Assembly (NCBI GenBank): GCA_951406725.2
Contig: OX597828.1
Location: 6,076,001-6,140,000, forward strand
Origin: Octopus vulgaris
Taxonomy: Eukaryota
DNA: 64,000 nt
Direction: 5' to 3'
A program made the position numbers and the translations under genes. The notes beneath the pieces are model-generated. The model worked only from the letters and a program-made list of their open reading frames with translations. It was not told the origin of the DNA and searched no databases. Below, in pieces: positions 41,288 through 54,267 of this stretch (position 1 is the first letter of the stretch; every line of letters begins with the position of its first letter).

Positions 41288-41497
41288 GTTAGCACGCCGG
41301 GCGAAATGCGTAGCCGTATATCGTCTGCCGTTACGTTTTGAGTTCAAATTCCGCCGAGGTCGACTTTGCCTTTCATCCTTTTGGGGTCGATAAATTAAGT
41401 ACCAGTTACGCACTGGGGTCGATGTAATCGATTTAATCTGTTTGTCTGTCCTTGTTTGTCCCCTCTGTGTTTAGCCCATTGTGGGTAGTAAAGAGAT
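41288..41497 (+). mobile_element. SINE family A, A2 tail subfamily
   Basis: GAGTTCAAATTCCGCCGAGGTCGACTTTGCCTTTCATCC...TGTCCCCTCTGTGTTTAGCCCATTGTGGGTAGTAAAG; imperfect TSD TATCTTACTT/TATCTTGCTT. Confidence 0.9.
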
Positions 41498-41635
41498 ATA
41501 TAGATATATCTTGCTTTCCGTGGCCCTTTACCTCATTACCAGAGGTATGTTCGAAAATTTCGGAGTCAGGCAAGAGAAAGAGCATCTCTTTTGCGTGTGT
41601 AAAAGAGTTCTTGCACTAGTAGGGAATAAAGACCG

Positions 41636-41681
<46 letters not shown>

Positions 41682-41989
41682 TGCTGGGTTGGAATACCAT
41701 CTACGTGGGGATTTTTGTCAGTCATTATTTTTGCCGCATCAGCTGTCATTAGTGGCGAATTGAATATCCATGTTATTATTGTTGCTGCTCTTACTGTTTA
41801 CAAAGAGTATGATACGGTTATAGGATATAAATTGTTATGATTATTTTGTTGCTGAGATTGTTAATGTTGGTCAGAAGCTATTACTATTGCTATTGCTTCT
41901 GTTTTTGTACAATTTTGCCGTTGTTGGAGAGATGGTATCTTTTCTTATTTTTGCTTGTGGGTGCAGAAAAGGTCTGAAATTATCTATTG

Positions 41990-42640
41990 AGCCACAGATG
42001 TTGTATCAAGGTCAACTGTTCTACACTATTCCCCTTAGTACCGTTCCATTCAGTTGGGAGTTATGTGGTCCTTTCTTGATGATCAGCCTTTACGAAGAAA
42101 AAAATATAATCTGTGATCCAAGCTCGTTCTTCCTCCTTTTCTTCACATTAAGTAAAGTTTCTTTATCATCCAATAAAATGCATGCCAATATCTATGAGTG
42201 ACAGCTCTAGTGGGACCTGTGGTAGTGTTATATTTCTTCGTAAATACATGAAGATAGTGAAGTCCTCAGTATGGTAGGCGAACGCTGAAATTTACAAACA
42301 CCGGAGCTCCAACCTTAAATCATGCCGCTAAACCCCGCTAAGCCTCTATGCCGCTAAACTACCTTGTTTAGATATATGTTTGATATCAGTCCTTACTTCA
42401 GGAGGAAACCACTTTACTTAAGTGTTAGTGTCTGTTATGCGGCGAGAAGGCTTTAAACTCTTTCGGCGATATATAACAGCCTTTCTAGCATCTACAGCTA
42501 GAGATCCTGCCGTTTAACCGTTAATTTTCCCAAATCCAACGGCTCGTTGTAATGTATCCCTTTTATCTTTTAGGGATATATTGTATTATTCCCCTGTGGA
42601 GACTACTTCGGCAAAAGAAGCCATGATATTGTTGCTGCTT
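41990..42640 (-). mobile_element. Possible ORF1 remnant of the same Tx1-like LINE
   Basis: Starts MASFAEVV; VKWFPPEV; correct strand and position upstream of the APE remnant; otherwise too decayed. Confidence 0.3.
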
Positions 42641-44307
42641 TCGCTAACGTTGCAAATATCCCACAAATCCCACCTTATAATCTTTGTAAGAAGCAGAACA
42701 TTGAATAATATACGCTGAACCCGACAAATGAACGGTATTGTAACAGCTGGTTTGCCTTTGATCCCATTGTTCTTTATCAGAGCTGATCTGAGAAACAATA
42801 AAAATAAAAAAAATAAAGTGATTGGGTTAGTGATAGCAAAAAATTAATGCAAACTAGATGTTATTCACAAACGTGAAAAAGTTGTCTCCAAACTATATCA
42901 ATCCCTTCTGAACAACAGTACATTGTTCGGAAAAAATAAAAGGAAGAGCAATCAAGTTATGAAAAGCTATGGAATCTTGTAAAAATCATATGTGAATATG
43001 TGATACAGAGCTATTAACTATTCACATAATAACAGTAAGATTACGAGAGCAAATAGTAATATAAAGTAATACATCTAGCAAATATTCAAGCCCACACATC
43101 TCACACAGAAGTAAATAAAGAGATGTACAGCAGTAGAAGCGTTGAATAATAGTAATAATAATAACAACAACAACAACAACAACAGCTGCAACAGCAGAAA
43201 TAGAAGTAAATACAACGACAACAACAACAATATTAATAATAATAATAATGATAATAATAAAAATAACGATAATAATAATAATAATAATAACGAAATATAA
43301 AAAAAAAACATGACAAATAGATGAGGACACATTAATAAAGATAAAAAGAGCCCAGGCGATGCATTTCAGCACTTTTAGATATTTAAGAAAATAGCAATAC
43401 AAGTTCCCTCGTGCAATCAGCGTAGCTCCCTTTATATGAATTGAACACATCAAACAAACGCAAAAAACAGTGCGTGCATAAATGGCGTATGTAGATGAGA
43501 TTTGTGCTGTACTGCATAAGAAGCAGCACATTGAAAGGAGATTTTAAAAAATAATACAATAATGCCCGTTTCAACTACACATCTGACAAAATATATCTAA
43601 TGGAAAGCTGGAAAGCAGTAGCGTTTCTATACTTAGTTGCTTGTTTGGTTATTTCACTCATTTTATTTTTCACTCCATCCACAAGACAGCTTCTTTACAT
43701 ATGTGTGTATGTGTGCGTGTGTTTATGTGTTTGGATGTGTGTATGGATGCGGCTTGGTCTCATGCCTGTGTGTGTGTCTGTGTGCGCGTACGCATTTGTA
43801 TGTGTGTAGGGGTGGGATGGTGTTTGTGTGTGCGTGTGCGTACGTGTGTGTGAGAGTGTGCGTGTGTGTGTGTGTGTGTGTGTGCGTGCGTGTGTGCGCG
43901 TGTGTGTGCGTATGTGTGCGTGTGTGTGTGTCTGTGTGCGCGTACGCATTTGAATGGGGTGGGATGGTGTTTGTGTGTGTGTATGTGTGTGTGTGTGTGT
44001 GTGTGTGCATTTTATTAAATACGTTTCCACGTCAAGATCTCTGCTGTCAAAGTGAAATTCTGATCGTTTGACAGATATTTTAGTGTTAACACATTTCCGC
44101 CGGAAATTCGGGATTAATCGCGATCACTGTGAACATGTTTTTCTTACTGTATATCCTCACTATACTCGATCTCTCCTTCTCTCTCTCTCACTCACTCTCC
44201 CACTCTCTCCATCTCATTACCTCTTCATTTCTCTATATATCCATCTATCTGTCTGCCTATCTATCTATCTATATATATATCTAATTATCTATCTATATAT
44301 TCTTCAT

Positions 44308-44345
<38 letters not shown>

Positions 44346-44411
44346 GCACACACACACACACACACACATAGTCTTTCAGTGAAACATTTAGACCAACGTG
44401 TGTGTATATAT

Positions 44412-44792
44412 GGGTGCAGGCGTGGCTGTGCAGTAAGCTTGCTTCTCAACCTCATGGTTTTGCAGGCGTGACAGTTTCTCAGCCTCATGGTTTTGAGTTC
44501 AGTCCCACTGCGTGGCTCCTTGGGTTAGTGTCTTCTACTATAACCACGGACGGACAAAAGCCTAGTGAGTGGATTTAGTAGACGGAAACTGAAAGAAGCC
44601 CATCGCATATATATATATATATATATGTATATATCTATGTGTGTGTTTTTTGTCTCTGTTTGTCCCCTCGTCATCGCTAGCTAACCAGTGTTGGTGTGTT
44701 TATAACGCTTATATAATAGCGGTTCGGCAAAGTGACTGATAGTATAAGAACTATGTTTCAAAAATGATTCCTGGGCGCGACTGGTTCGACTA
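44412..44792 (+). mobile_element. SINE family B with a short duplication in the head
   Basis: TTCTCAACCTCATGGTTTTG and TTCTCAGCCTCATGGTTTTG; GAGTTCAGTCCCACTGCGTGG; GACGGAAACTGAAAGAAGCC. Confidence 0.85.
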
Positions 44793-45264
44793 AATCTCTT
44801 GGATGACTGTCTTAATTTCGTTCCCTTATGATAGAGACAAGGAATTTTGTCTTCTTTGTAATTCTGAACCATTTTTATACTTTTTTCTAAACATCCCCTT
44901 GTAAACGCGGTTATATAGCGTTCATATGGATGTAAGCATTGGCAGAAACACACCTTTAGTTCATATAAGTGAAATCTATCACTATATATAATTTAAACAT
45001 TGATTTTCTTCTTACATGTCACTTTCACTAGTTATATCTTTTCCCAAGAGTTTAGGGTTTTATTCAATTTCCATATCGTTCTATACTTCTTATTTAAATA
45101 GGTTTTTGATTTTTTCTTTCCTTTATACCTCCAATTTCTATAGGCTACCTTTGACGTTATATCCTCTAACGTGTTATTTTAAAAAAATTAATAGCGTTCA
45201 GATCTTCAATTTACATATCTATCATATTCTGTTAAAATGTCTCACTGACGAGTTTTATTTCTTC

Positions 45265-45349
45265 ATTTCCATGAAGAGATTACATTGTTTTACACCATTT
45301 TATTCCTTTGGGTAATACCAATGATATCTTCGAAACATGTGTCGGAAGT
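45265..45349 (+). ncRNA. Degenerate minimal type I hammerhead motif (Penelope-like)
   Basis: Stem I ATTTCC/GGAAGT; core ATGAAGA (C3 mutated); long imperfect stem II; GAAA-C-ATGT-G-TC minimal stem III with palindromic ACATGT. Confidence 0.5.
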
Positions 45350-45457
45350 AAAAGAATTTGAATAGCAACTACATTTAACTCCGTTAATATATATATATGT
45401 AGATATATGTGTGTGCGTGTGTGTGTGCGTGCGTGTGTGCGGGCGTGTGCGTGTGTG

Positions 45458-45522
<65 letters not shown>

Positions 45523-45934
45523 AAGCGCGCTTTAACAGTGGACATAGATGAGTGGTTGAGAATTTTGCTTGTCATCAATGTGATTTCGGTTTAAATGACA
45601 AGGTACGCCTCAATGGACGAGTGCCTTCAACGAAAGCTTAGGGTTGAACAAAATAAAAAAATCCAAGCCAATGATTGTGGCACATGCATATGTTCGCGTC
45701 CGCTTTTCATTATGTCTAATACCTATATGTCCCAGCAATGCAGAGGTTCCACAAAGATATACATTGTCTTTATATTCTAAATGAATGAATGAATATTCTA
45801 CTATGAGCATCCCATGCATTGCTGCAGTCCTGAAGCAAGGGAGTATATATTTGCATATATAATATGCATACATTCAAATATGAGTGTCTGTGTAGATTAC
45901 ACATACTAGCCAATATATATATATATATATATAT

Positions 45935-46927
45935 GTACATACTTACATCTGTACGTATATACATATGCATATGTGGGAACAGGACGTCTGAGAATGTAAA
46001 CAACATAAAAACACGTAAACATGATTACCAAATACAAATATAAAGAATATGGACTTCTTTTTCCAACAACGAAAGAAACAAATGGAAAACAAGACAAGTA
46101 ACATAACGAAGGACCCTTCATCAGCTGTCGGCTGTTTTTCTAATTCGTATTTCGAGCAATTCAACGGCAAGACACGCCTTCGATAAAACAGTTGCTCTCA
46201 CAAAGCAAATTAAATAAAATTTGGGATTTTGCAGAGCGTCAAAAGTTTCACCAAAACAGGATAATAAAACAAAAAGGAGGGGTGCTAACCCTAAACGAAG
46301 TGAGGTGGCGAACGCAGAGAAACAAGCTTGGACAGACGACAAATAAGAATGGGTCTGATTCATCCAGCTACAACAGAAAAAAGAAAGAAACACAAGTTAG
46401 GAAAAGAAAGAAAGAAAGATAGCCGATGGTCACGTGGGAGCAACATGAGCAAAGGAGGAAGAGTGAGGAAGAGAGAGTGGGAGACAGAGAACTGTGAAGA
46501 GGAGAGAAAAAGATCTGGAGAAAGGATTAGAGGGAAAAACAAGAGGGGGAGAATCTGAGGTAAAAGAATAAGAAAAAGGAAGAGAGAAAACGAAAGAGTA
46601 CTAGGATAAAATAGAGTGATGCATCAGAATTATTAAGATAAAACTTACTTGGAAAAGGATGCCTAGCGTTTAATCATATAATAATATAAATAATATATAT
46701 ATGCATATATATACATATATATATCTACATACATCTATACGTATATACATATGCAGATGTGGGTACAGGACATTATGGAATGTAAACAACATAAAAAAAA
46801 AACATGAAATACGAAATACGAATACATGGAATATGAAACTTTTTTGCAACAACAAAAGAAACAAATGGAAAACAAGACAAGTAACATAACGAACGACCCT
46901 TCACCAGCTGTCGGCTGTTTTTCTAAT
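45935..46927 (-). mobile_element. Non-autonomous repeat family F with ~200-bp direct terminal repeats (pseudo-LTR or partial tandem, Penelope/retrozyme-like)
   Basis: 45935-46145 and 46725-46927 are direct repeats around a purine-rich middle; flanked by (TA)n; homologous to 51971-52290 and 52960-53405 on the other strand; no ORF. Confidence 0.75.
46113..46176 (-). ncRNA. Hammerhead ribozyme core with non-canonical strand order, copy 1
   Basis: CGTGTC|TTGCCGTTG-AATT-GCTC GAAA TACG-11 nt-CAGCCGACAG CTGATGA A GGGT; all three stems can pair (one mismatch and one bulge in stem I). Confidence 0.6.
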
Positions 46928-49900
46928 CTGTATATATGCATAAAAATATGCCACAGGACCTCCCACAATTAAACACAATATCTATGCATTGTTCAAGCCA
47001 AATCAGGTTACCTGTGAAGAAAACCAAGAAAATCAAACAATACCAAAGTAAGTGATCCCCACGATCTACGCATCCACAAATATAGTCCACTTTACAATAA
47101 TGGAAGGCAACCCAGAATAACGAGACTAGGATGTAAAAAATTCCCAATCGAGAATAATATATATATTCTCATCATCAGCTGACAAAACGGATATCACTAT
47201 GCTTGTGACACCTGTCCGATACAATTCAATCCGGTGGTGTCTTCAGCATTAAAAACATAAATGTCGCTTGGCAATCCACCAGATGGTTACTACAAGTAAC
47301 AGCATTATGTTAAACAAAAATAGTGATAATTTATAGCTAGAAAATAGTACTTTTGACAAAGACCTAATTCAGACAATACAACAAACATTGACAGCTAGAT
47401 ACGTTGTTCCTCACTCAACATCACATAACGATATATATGGATTCTTTTATGGAACTTTAGGCCTCGAAGAACGTTACATAAAGCTATAAATAATAGCATG
47501 TCAATAGTCGAGGGATAATTTGGTTGATGTGTCTCGAGAGCCAATCTTGAAAGAACAAACAAAAGAAAAAAGACAATCATTTCATGTCTCAAAAGTTTTT
47601 AAAATACTTATGACATCGAGAGTATATATAGTTATGTGTGTGTGTTTGTATGTGTGTGTGTATTGTCTGTGTCTGTGTGAGAGAGAGAGAGAGTGAGAAA
47701 GACAGACAGACAAATACAGAGACAGTGAGATAAGTGATGGAGTTACAATACAACACCCTCATACACTGTACCCCATTCACTTCTCTCTAGCTTTACACTT
47801 TCATTACCTTAGTGTGAGCGTATGCACATTTGGCTAGAAACAGGTTTGTATATTTAACAGTTATAATATATGAATAAGGTCTTGCACACGTCTGTACATA
47901 AATATATAGACATGGCATTCACTATATGAGCGTGTGTATGTGTGTACTTTGTGTCTTTGTGTGCGTGTATGCACGCGTGTGTGTGTGTGTGTTCGTGTTA
48001 CAATTATGTATATCGATGTTTTATCCAGTAAATATACTCGCGAACCACAGCCTGACACATTGATATGTTCACAATGACACATACATATGTGTAAGTTTGT
48101 GAATGAAGATATGCGCAATCACTGTTGCTACATGTATTTACATATATTGGTATAATGAATGAATATATATGTATATGTATGTGTCTGTGTGTGCGTGTAC
48201 ATTTGAACATATAGATATTTATATGCTTGTAGATGTATGTATATGTGTGTGTATATTTATGTATTTATGAATGCACTTATGTATGTTACGCATACATACA
48301 TATATACATAATACGCACAGAAATGCATGTTTACTTTAAAAGAAAGCTAAATCCACTGGATTGTCAGGAGAGTATTTAAATATAAAACAAATAGAATTTG
48401 AAAGTGGGTTACGTCTGAAAATCACTCGCTTCAACTAAATAATATTGATTTAGAAGCTTTTCATGGAATGATATTTGTAGTTGGCTTAATCCAATAAATA
48501 AACACGTCAGAAGAACAAGTATTTATTTCACAGTTTTGCTTTTTTGGCTTTTACTTATTTGACACAAAATCGTGGAAGAAAGAGAAAGCTCTATGATTGA
48601 TGAAAGCAGGAGCGAAAATCCGAACCAAAAAGCAGAAAAATATGTATACACAAGAAAGCGTTATATTAAATTTCGCTGGAGATATTTTTTTAGGAATCAA
48701 TATTAAACAGAGAATGAGAGACTGAAAGAGAGTATAAGAAAGATAGAGAGAGAGACTGAGAGAGATATAGCAAGTGAAGAGCGAGGAATGAAAAGAGAGA
48801 AAGGGAGAAGAAAGGCAGGAATAAATGCAGAAAGTTTGCGTAAGAAAGAAAATATGAAATGGTAAGTTCTTTGATAAGGGCGAAACTGAACCAGATTTCT
48901 GTAATGATATATTTTATTAACGCATCAATCAAATGTTTGGATCAAACTGGTTGAAGCCGATTTAATCAATGCTAGTTATATTACATTACTTCTAATATCG
49001 ATTCTATATTCTTGAAATCATCAATTCTGCTGCTGTGTATTACGATTGCGTAAAAAGTGAAAGCTGGTGCCCTGATACTGCAAAGCAAATAATCCAGATT
49101 CCATAATATATTTAAAAAGTAATTCCATGAAATACATATAGAGCTAAAATCAAATGCCTTGTTATTACTCGAATTGGTAGTGCATGAAATCTTCTCTTGA
49201 ATGCGACATTTCAGGATGTTGTCTGTGATATATGTTGCAGTGATTTAATCACAAAACCGCTTACTCTCTTTGTTTTCCGCTAAAGCTGGTGTTTATATGC
49301 CTCTTAATGATAATCGCTCATGTATACTACAAAAGGTCCGTGATTTTATGAACTAACATCGTCCGAATTATTTACTTTCGCTGAAATAAGGTAAATATAT
49401 CGGGGCTGCATATATCATAAGGATAGTCTCATTGGAGTTTTGCACATGTTCATTGCATCGAAGTGATCTATCGGTTGAAGCTACCCATTTCTTCATGATC
49501 ACACACGGGAGTTTGTATCAGCATAAATAGATGAATACATGCATCCTTGCATTCCAGGTTTTCGTTAAATTCGAAGACATTAGCCTATCTTTCTTTGATT
49601 TTCGAAGGACTCCTAGTATCTTATTCTATGTAATTTAATATATCTATGTTGATAGGCAATGTTCACTTCGGCATTGAGCATGTCGATATCTCTTATGCAG
49701 AGTGTACTAAGTTCATGGTATTTTTATTAAACAACTGGTAGTTTAAATACATTTTAGGTAAGCGTTATGTTCTCAAATATGGTGTAAACAGTTAGCTTGT
49801 ACTTTTCGCTGGAATCAATTTATACTAATCATGAAAGATCTTTTTTTCAAAATAACACTTATGACTAAGCTTTTATTCACAAGTGCTTCATTTTTAGCGC

Positions 49901-51622
49901 TAGTGTTGATCGCCAGCTACCAGTGCCTCTTCTCATTGGTTTATTTACTGTTTTGTTGTTATATGATGGACTAGAGGGCTTCAGAAATCAATTTAAAGAA
50001 ACGTTGGCATATATATGTTACATTTCAATCCACAATATATGCGCATAGATTTTATATTTTCAAGTATCTTCTTACATTGTTTTTTTTTATTTATTACGTT
50101 GGGTGTCGCATTTAATTCCATAGATTTTAGTTGCTAAAGATGTAGGTTGTGTTTAAATGTGTAGAAATATATTTCATTCGTATATATTTTAGAAAATTAT
50201 ATTTTGATGATGACTATTTGAGATATAATAATTCAGCATGTAATAGGTTATTGGTTTCCTCTTGCTTATAAGTTACATATAAACTATATAATGCCAACTG
50301 TGCCTAAGTACTGTGTGCCAGATTCATATACATTGACTATTCCATCTCATTTTACTGTTGTCGTATTATTTTCTATGCTTACATAATTTAGCATTGAAAC
50401 TCCTTGAGCTAAACACAAACTAAATTACAGACTCAGACCTCAAGCGTTTGCTTTTTAAAATTTTCGAATATCATCCGTTTTAGACGGATTACCTAAATCG
50501 TATGAGAGTACAAAGAAACTTTTCGCCTCTTCATGGCCAGTAAAGTCCTAAAGAAACAAATTTTCTTCAGCTGAATAATATAAAAATAATTTTCGCCATC
50601 TTGGTTTAGAGAAATTTAGGAATAACTGAACACTTTTTTAATTCTATGTTTATAATGATATAGGGATATCATATCTAAGTTAATAAGCCCCAGTATATTT
50701 CTAAGGATTATTTTCTTGACGAAAGCTCAATCAGAACATAGAATATTCTATTTAAATAATGTAGTGCATTCAGTCGATCGTTCAGAACTTTCATTACCTA
50801 ATCATACTTAACGAATGCTATATTGATTTTTTTGGATTTTTTTACTAGGAACTCCGGTCTTTCAAGTTAATGACTTTCATATCCTAAATATATTATCGCG
50901 TTGTAATTGATCGAGATTGAATCTATATTATTCGGGAGCCAACATCGATTTGTAACGTTGACTGCACCGACTTTTCATAACTTAGAAAACGTCGATTCAT
51001 ATTTCATAAGCATAAGATCCATATTTTGCAGAAATAGGTGTGGATCCAATTTAATCGAAACTAGTTCCATTCATATAGATATTAGTTTAATAGTGATAAA
51101 GAAGACAGATATTGCTTCATAGTATTTGATCTCAGTGAATTTATGAACAAACTGACTTATGTGATATTGAAATATTCCAAATTGCTACAGGAATAACTGT
51201 ATTTCATTTACTTTATTCTTCAAAACACCAGATTATGTTAAAACACAACTGACTATTCGATTATTTGCTGTTGGTTCGCTTGTTTTTGTCATTGATTTTT
51301 TTTAGGGGAAGGGTTATTGTCCTGTTCGCCTTTCGTTCTAGCTCCAATGTAAAGCTTTCCCATAAAATGAAAAAGCATAACAACAACCAGTAATTTAATG
51401 TCATTGATGTATATACAATGATTTATAGATTTCTGATTTCATAGCCCACTTTGAAACGCTAAAGAACAAAGTTCTATAATGATTTTAGAAAGCATAAATG
51501 TGTTTAATATCGGTTAACTATGTAAATAGAGAAGCATCCTACTTCCAAACATAGAAGGGCCAAAACAGCAGACACACACACAAACACACACGCACACAAA
51601 CACACACAAACACACGCACACG

Positions 51623-51710
<88 letters not shown>

Positions 51711-51711
51711 T

Positions 51712-51950
51712 GGAGGCGCGTGGCTTAGTGGTTAGTGTGTCAACACCATGATCGTAAGATTGGGGTTTCGATTCTTGGACCGGGCGACGCGTTGCGTTCT
51801 TGAGCAAGACACTTCATTTCACGTTGCTCCAGTCCACTCAGCTGGCGAAGATGAGTAACGCTGCGATGGACTGGCGTCCCGTCCAGTTGGGGGAACACAT
51901 GCGCTATAGAAACCGGGAAACCGGGCCCATGAACCTAGGGCGTATTTATT
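51712..51950 (+). mobile_element. SINE family C
   Basis: GGAGGCGCGTGGCTTAGTGGTTAG...GGTTTCGATTC...GCTCCAGTCCACTCAGCTGG; matches the 27216 copy. Confidence 0.9.
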
Positions 51951-51970
51951 ATATATATATATATATATAT

Positions 51971-52290
51971 ACCCCTCCGCAAAGAAATCTCAAATATTAT
52001 TTAATTTGCTTTTCGCGGGAAGAAATGTTTCATTAAAGTCATGTATCGCCTTGACCTTCGAAATGTGGAGTAGATGAAACAAAGGCGACTGAAGAAGGGG
52101 AATTTTTCTTGTATTGTATGTCCTGTAGTCTATTTTTCCGTTGTTTAAGAAAAATGTCCATTTACTTGGTTTTGTGTTTATGATTTCGTTTCTCATTGTG
52201 TTCGACGTTTTTTTTGTTTGGTGTCCTGTACCCATATATGCATGTATATATACATGTAGAGGTAGGTACGTACATATATGTATGTATATA
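51971..52290 (+). mobile_element. Family F copy (divergent)
   Basis: TTATTTAATTTGCTTT, CTGAAGAAGGG and TCCTGTACCCATATATGCAT are colinear with the reverse complement of 45935-46240. Confidence 0.75.
52040..52100 (+). ncRNA. Hammerhead ribozyme core with non-canonical strand order, copy 2
   Basis: CATGTA|TCGCCTTG-AC-CTTC GAAA TGTG-12 nt-CAAAGGCGA CTGAAGA A GGGG; stems pair despite a different sequence from copy 1. Confidence 0.6.
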
Positions 52291-52314
52291 TGCATATGTT
52301 TTATTTATTTATTA

Positions 52315-52385
<71 letters not shown>

Positions 52386-52959
52386 TACATATCAGGCAAA
52401 AATAAAAACACGAAAATGACGTTAAACTAGCAACCAGGGTGTAACACTGGAAAAAAGACTAATGTATCGAGCTTAAGCTCATCAATGGAATGTGAAAAGC
52501 TAAAAACCAGAATCATCTCTCAATTAAACGATATGGCCTGAAAAGGAAGAAGTTGGCTTAAATCATCTTTGCTAAATCGGGTACAATAACTTGGTTTATG
52601 TGTGTATGTGACCAAGCGTATGCTTATCTGAAGCTAGTGTGCGTGTATGTAGGGTTATGCATGGGGGCACGTTTTCTATGTGAAAACAAGTACGTGTGTG
52701 TTTGTATGAGGCAATGTGTACTTGTATACCCTCTATGTTTATGCTTGTGTATACGTGTGTTGAGTCGTGTGTATATGTGTGACAGGTTATCTGATGTATG
52801 TAAGCACTAAACGAGTGTCTGTATACGTTTGTGATATTAATTTTTGGTTGTGTGTGTGTATATCTTTTATTTATTTATAATCGAACGCCACGCAGCCTTC
52901 TCCACAGTAAGTTCTTATGTTTAATTATACTTTCTGCGACTGCACACAGTTTTCTATTT

Positions 52960-53405
52960 TTCTCTCTATCCCTCTATAATCCTCTTATTTTCCGTTTCTC
53001 CCCTTCATTCTTTGATGTCCTCTGTCTTTCTTCCACTCCCTACTATCTTTCGTTCCTTCTCCCTTCTACTCAATCCCCTTGTTTCTTTCCCTCATCATCG
53101 CTCTTGTCTACCTTCCCCTCTGCCTGTTTGCTCACACGTGACTACAGGCCATTTCTCACCTCTGTCAGTTTTGAACGCGACCCCTACCTAACTAGACGTC
53201 ATTTCTCTCGCCTCCGGACATTTTTTCTTCTACTATCTTCGTCTCTTCTTGTTATTCTATATCCTTTCAAAGTTTCTTCCAGGCGTTACCCATTACAATG
53301 AGTCTTGGCCCAACGGCCCTTAATGTTTGTCTTCGTCGATTGTTTTTTCTGTACGTCCACTCTGCTGCTGTTTGTTTGTTCGAAGCCCTAACTCTCCCCA
53401 AATTT
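52960..53405 (+). mobile_element. Family F-related pyrimidine-rich middle segment
   Basis: CTCACACGTGACTA and CCCAAATTTTA correspond to the reverse complement of 46215-46600. Confidence 0.5.
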
Positions 53406-53414
53406 TACATTTGT

Positions 53415-53715
53415 TTTATATTTCTGGATACTGCAGCCATGCTGGGGCACATCCTTAAACCTGGTACTAATACTATCGATCTATTTTGCCGAGCAACTAA
53501 GTTACGGGACATAAACACACCAACACCTGTTGTCAAGTGGTAGTAGAGGACAAGCATACACATGCCACACACACATACCGATCCTCCACGCTCACACAAA
53601 CATATTTCCGTCTACCAAATCCACTCATAAGTCTTTGGTCGGCTCGTGGTTATAGTAAAAGACATTTGCCCGAAGTGCCGCCTAGTAGGAGTGAACCCGG
53701 AAGCCGTGTTTGGCT
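53415..53715 (-). mobile_element. SINE family B, degraded
   Basis: CTGCAGCCATGCTGGGGCAC, TAAACACACCAACACC, TTCCGTCTACCAAATCCACTCA, GAACCCGGAA. Confidence 0.8.
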
Positions 53716-54267
53716 ACTTCAATTTAATATATATATCTTTTTGGAAGAAAGGTACAATTTTACTCTTAATGTGGAAAGTAAGAATTGTTTAACTTTGACA
53801 TTTCGGTCAACGGAGTCCATCAAATTTTGATTGATTTGAAAGTTTTCAAGTGTACTTAAAACATTTAAACACTAGAATTCTTATCCTGTGGATTATGGGG
53901 AGATTAGAAATTTATTGCAATTCATAAAGTATTCAAAGTCGAACACGGCAAAAATGGTGAATCTCATTTTCATCAGTAAATGTACCAACAACGCGGATTT
54001 AATTTACAGCATTAACTATCAACCGCATTCGAATGTAGAACCAGTGGCAACTATATACATCAAAATGTAACAATGGAAATTATCATCTACGATAACCAGC
54101 ATCTTCAAGCGTGATAGCACCACCACCAGTCCCAACTATACCAGCAGCACCAGCATTAGCAGTGGAAGCAGTTACAGCAGCAGCGACAGTAGCAGCATCG
54201 ACAACAGCTGCAGTTGTAGTAATACTAATAATAAAAGGTGTTGCAAGCTTTTATGAGAGAAATATAA

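Noticed and set aside
43770-43980. Duplicated ~50-bp motif within a (TG)n tract
   Set aside because: Ordinary slippage or unequal-exchange duplication in a microsatellite
52455-52495. Minus-strand TTGATGA-GCTTAAGC-TC-GATA-CATTA-GTC hammerhead-like motif
   Set aside because: Both core boxes are mutated and no stem I was found
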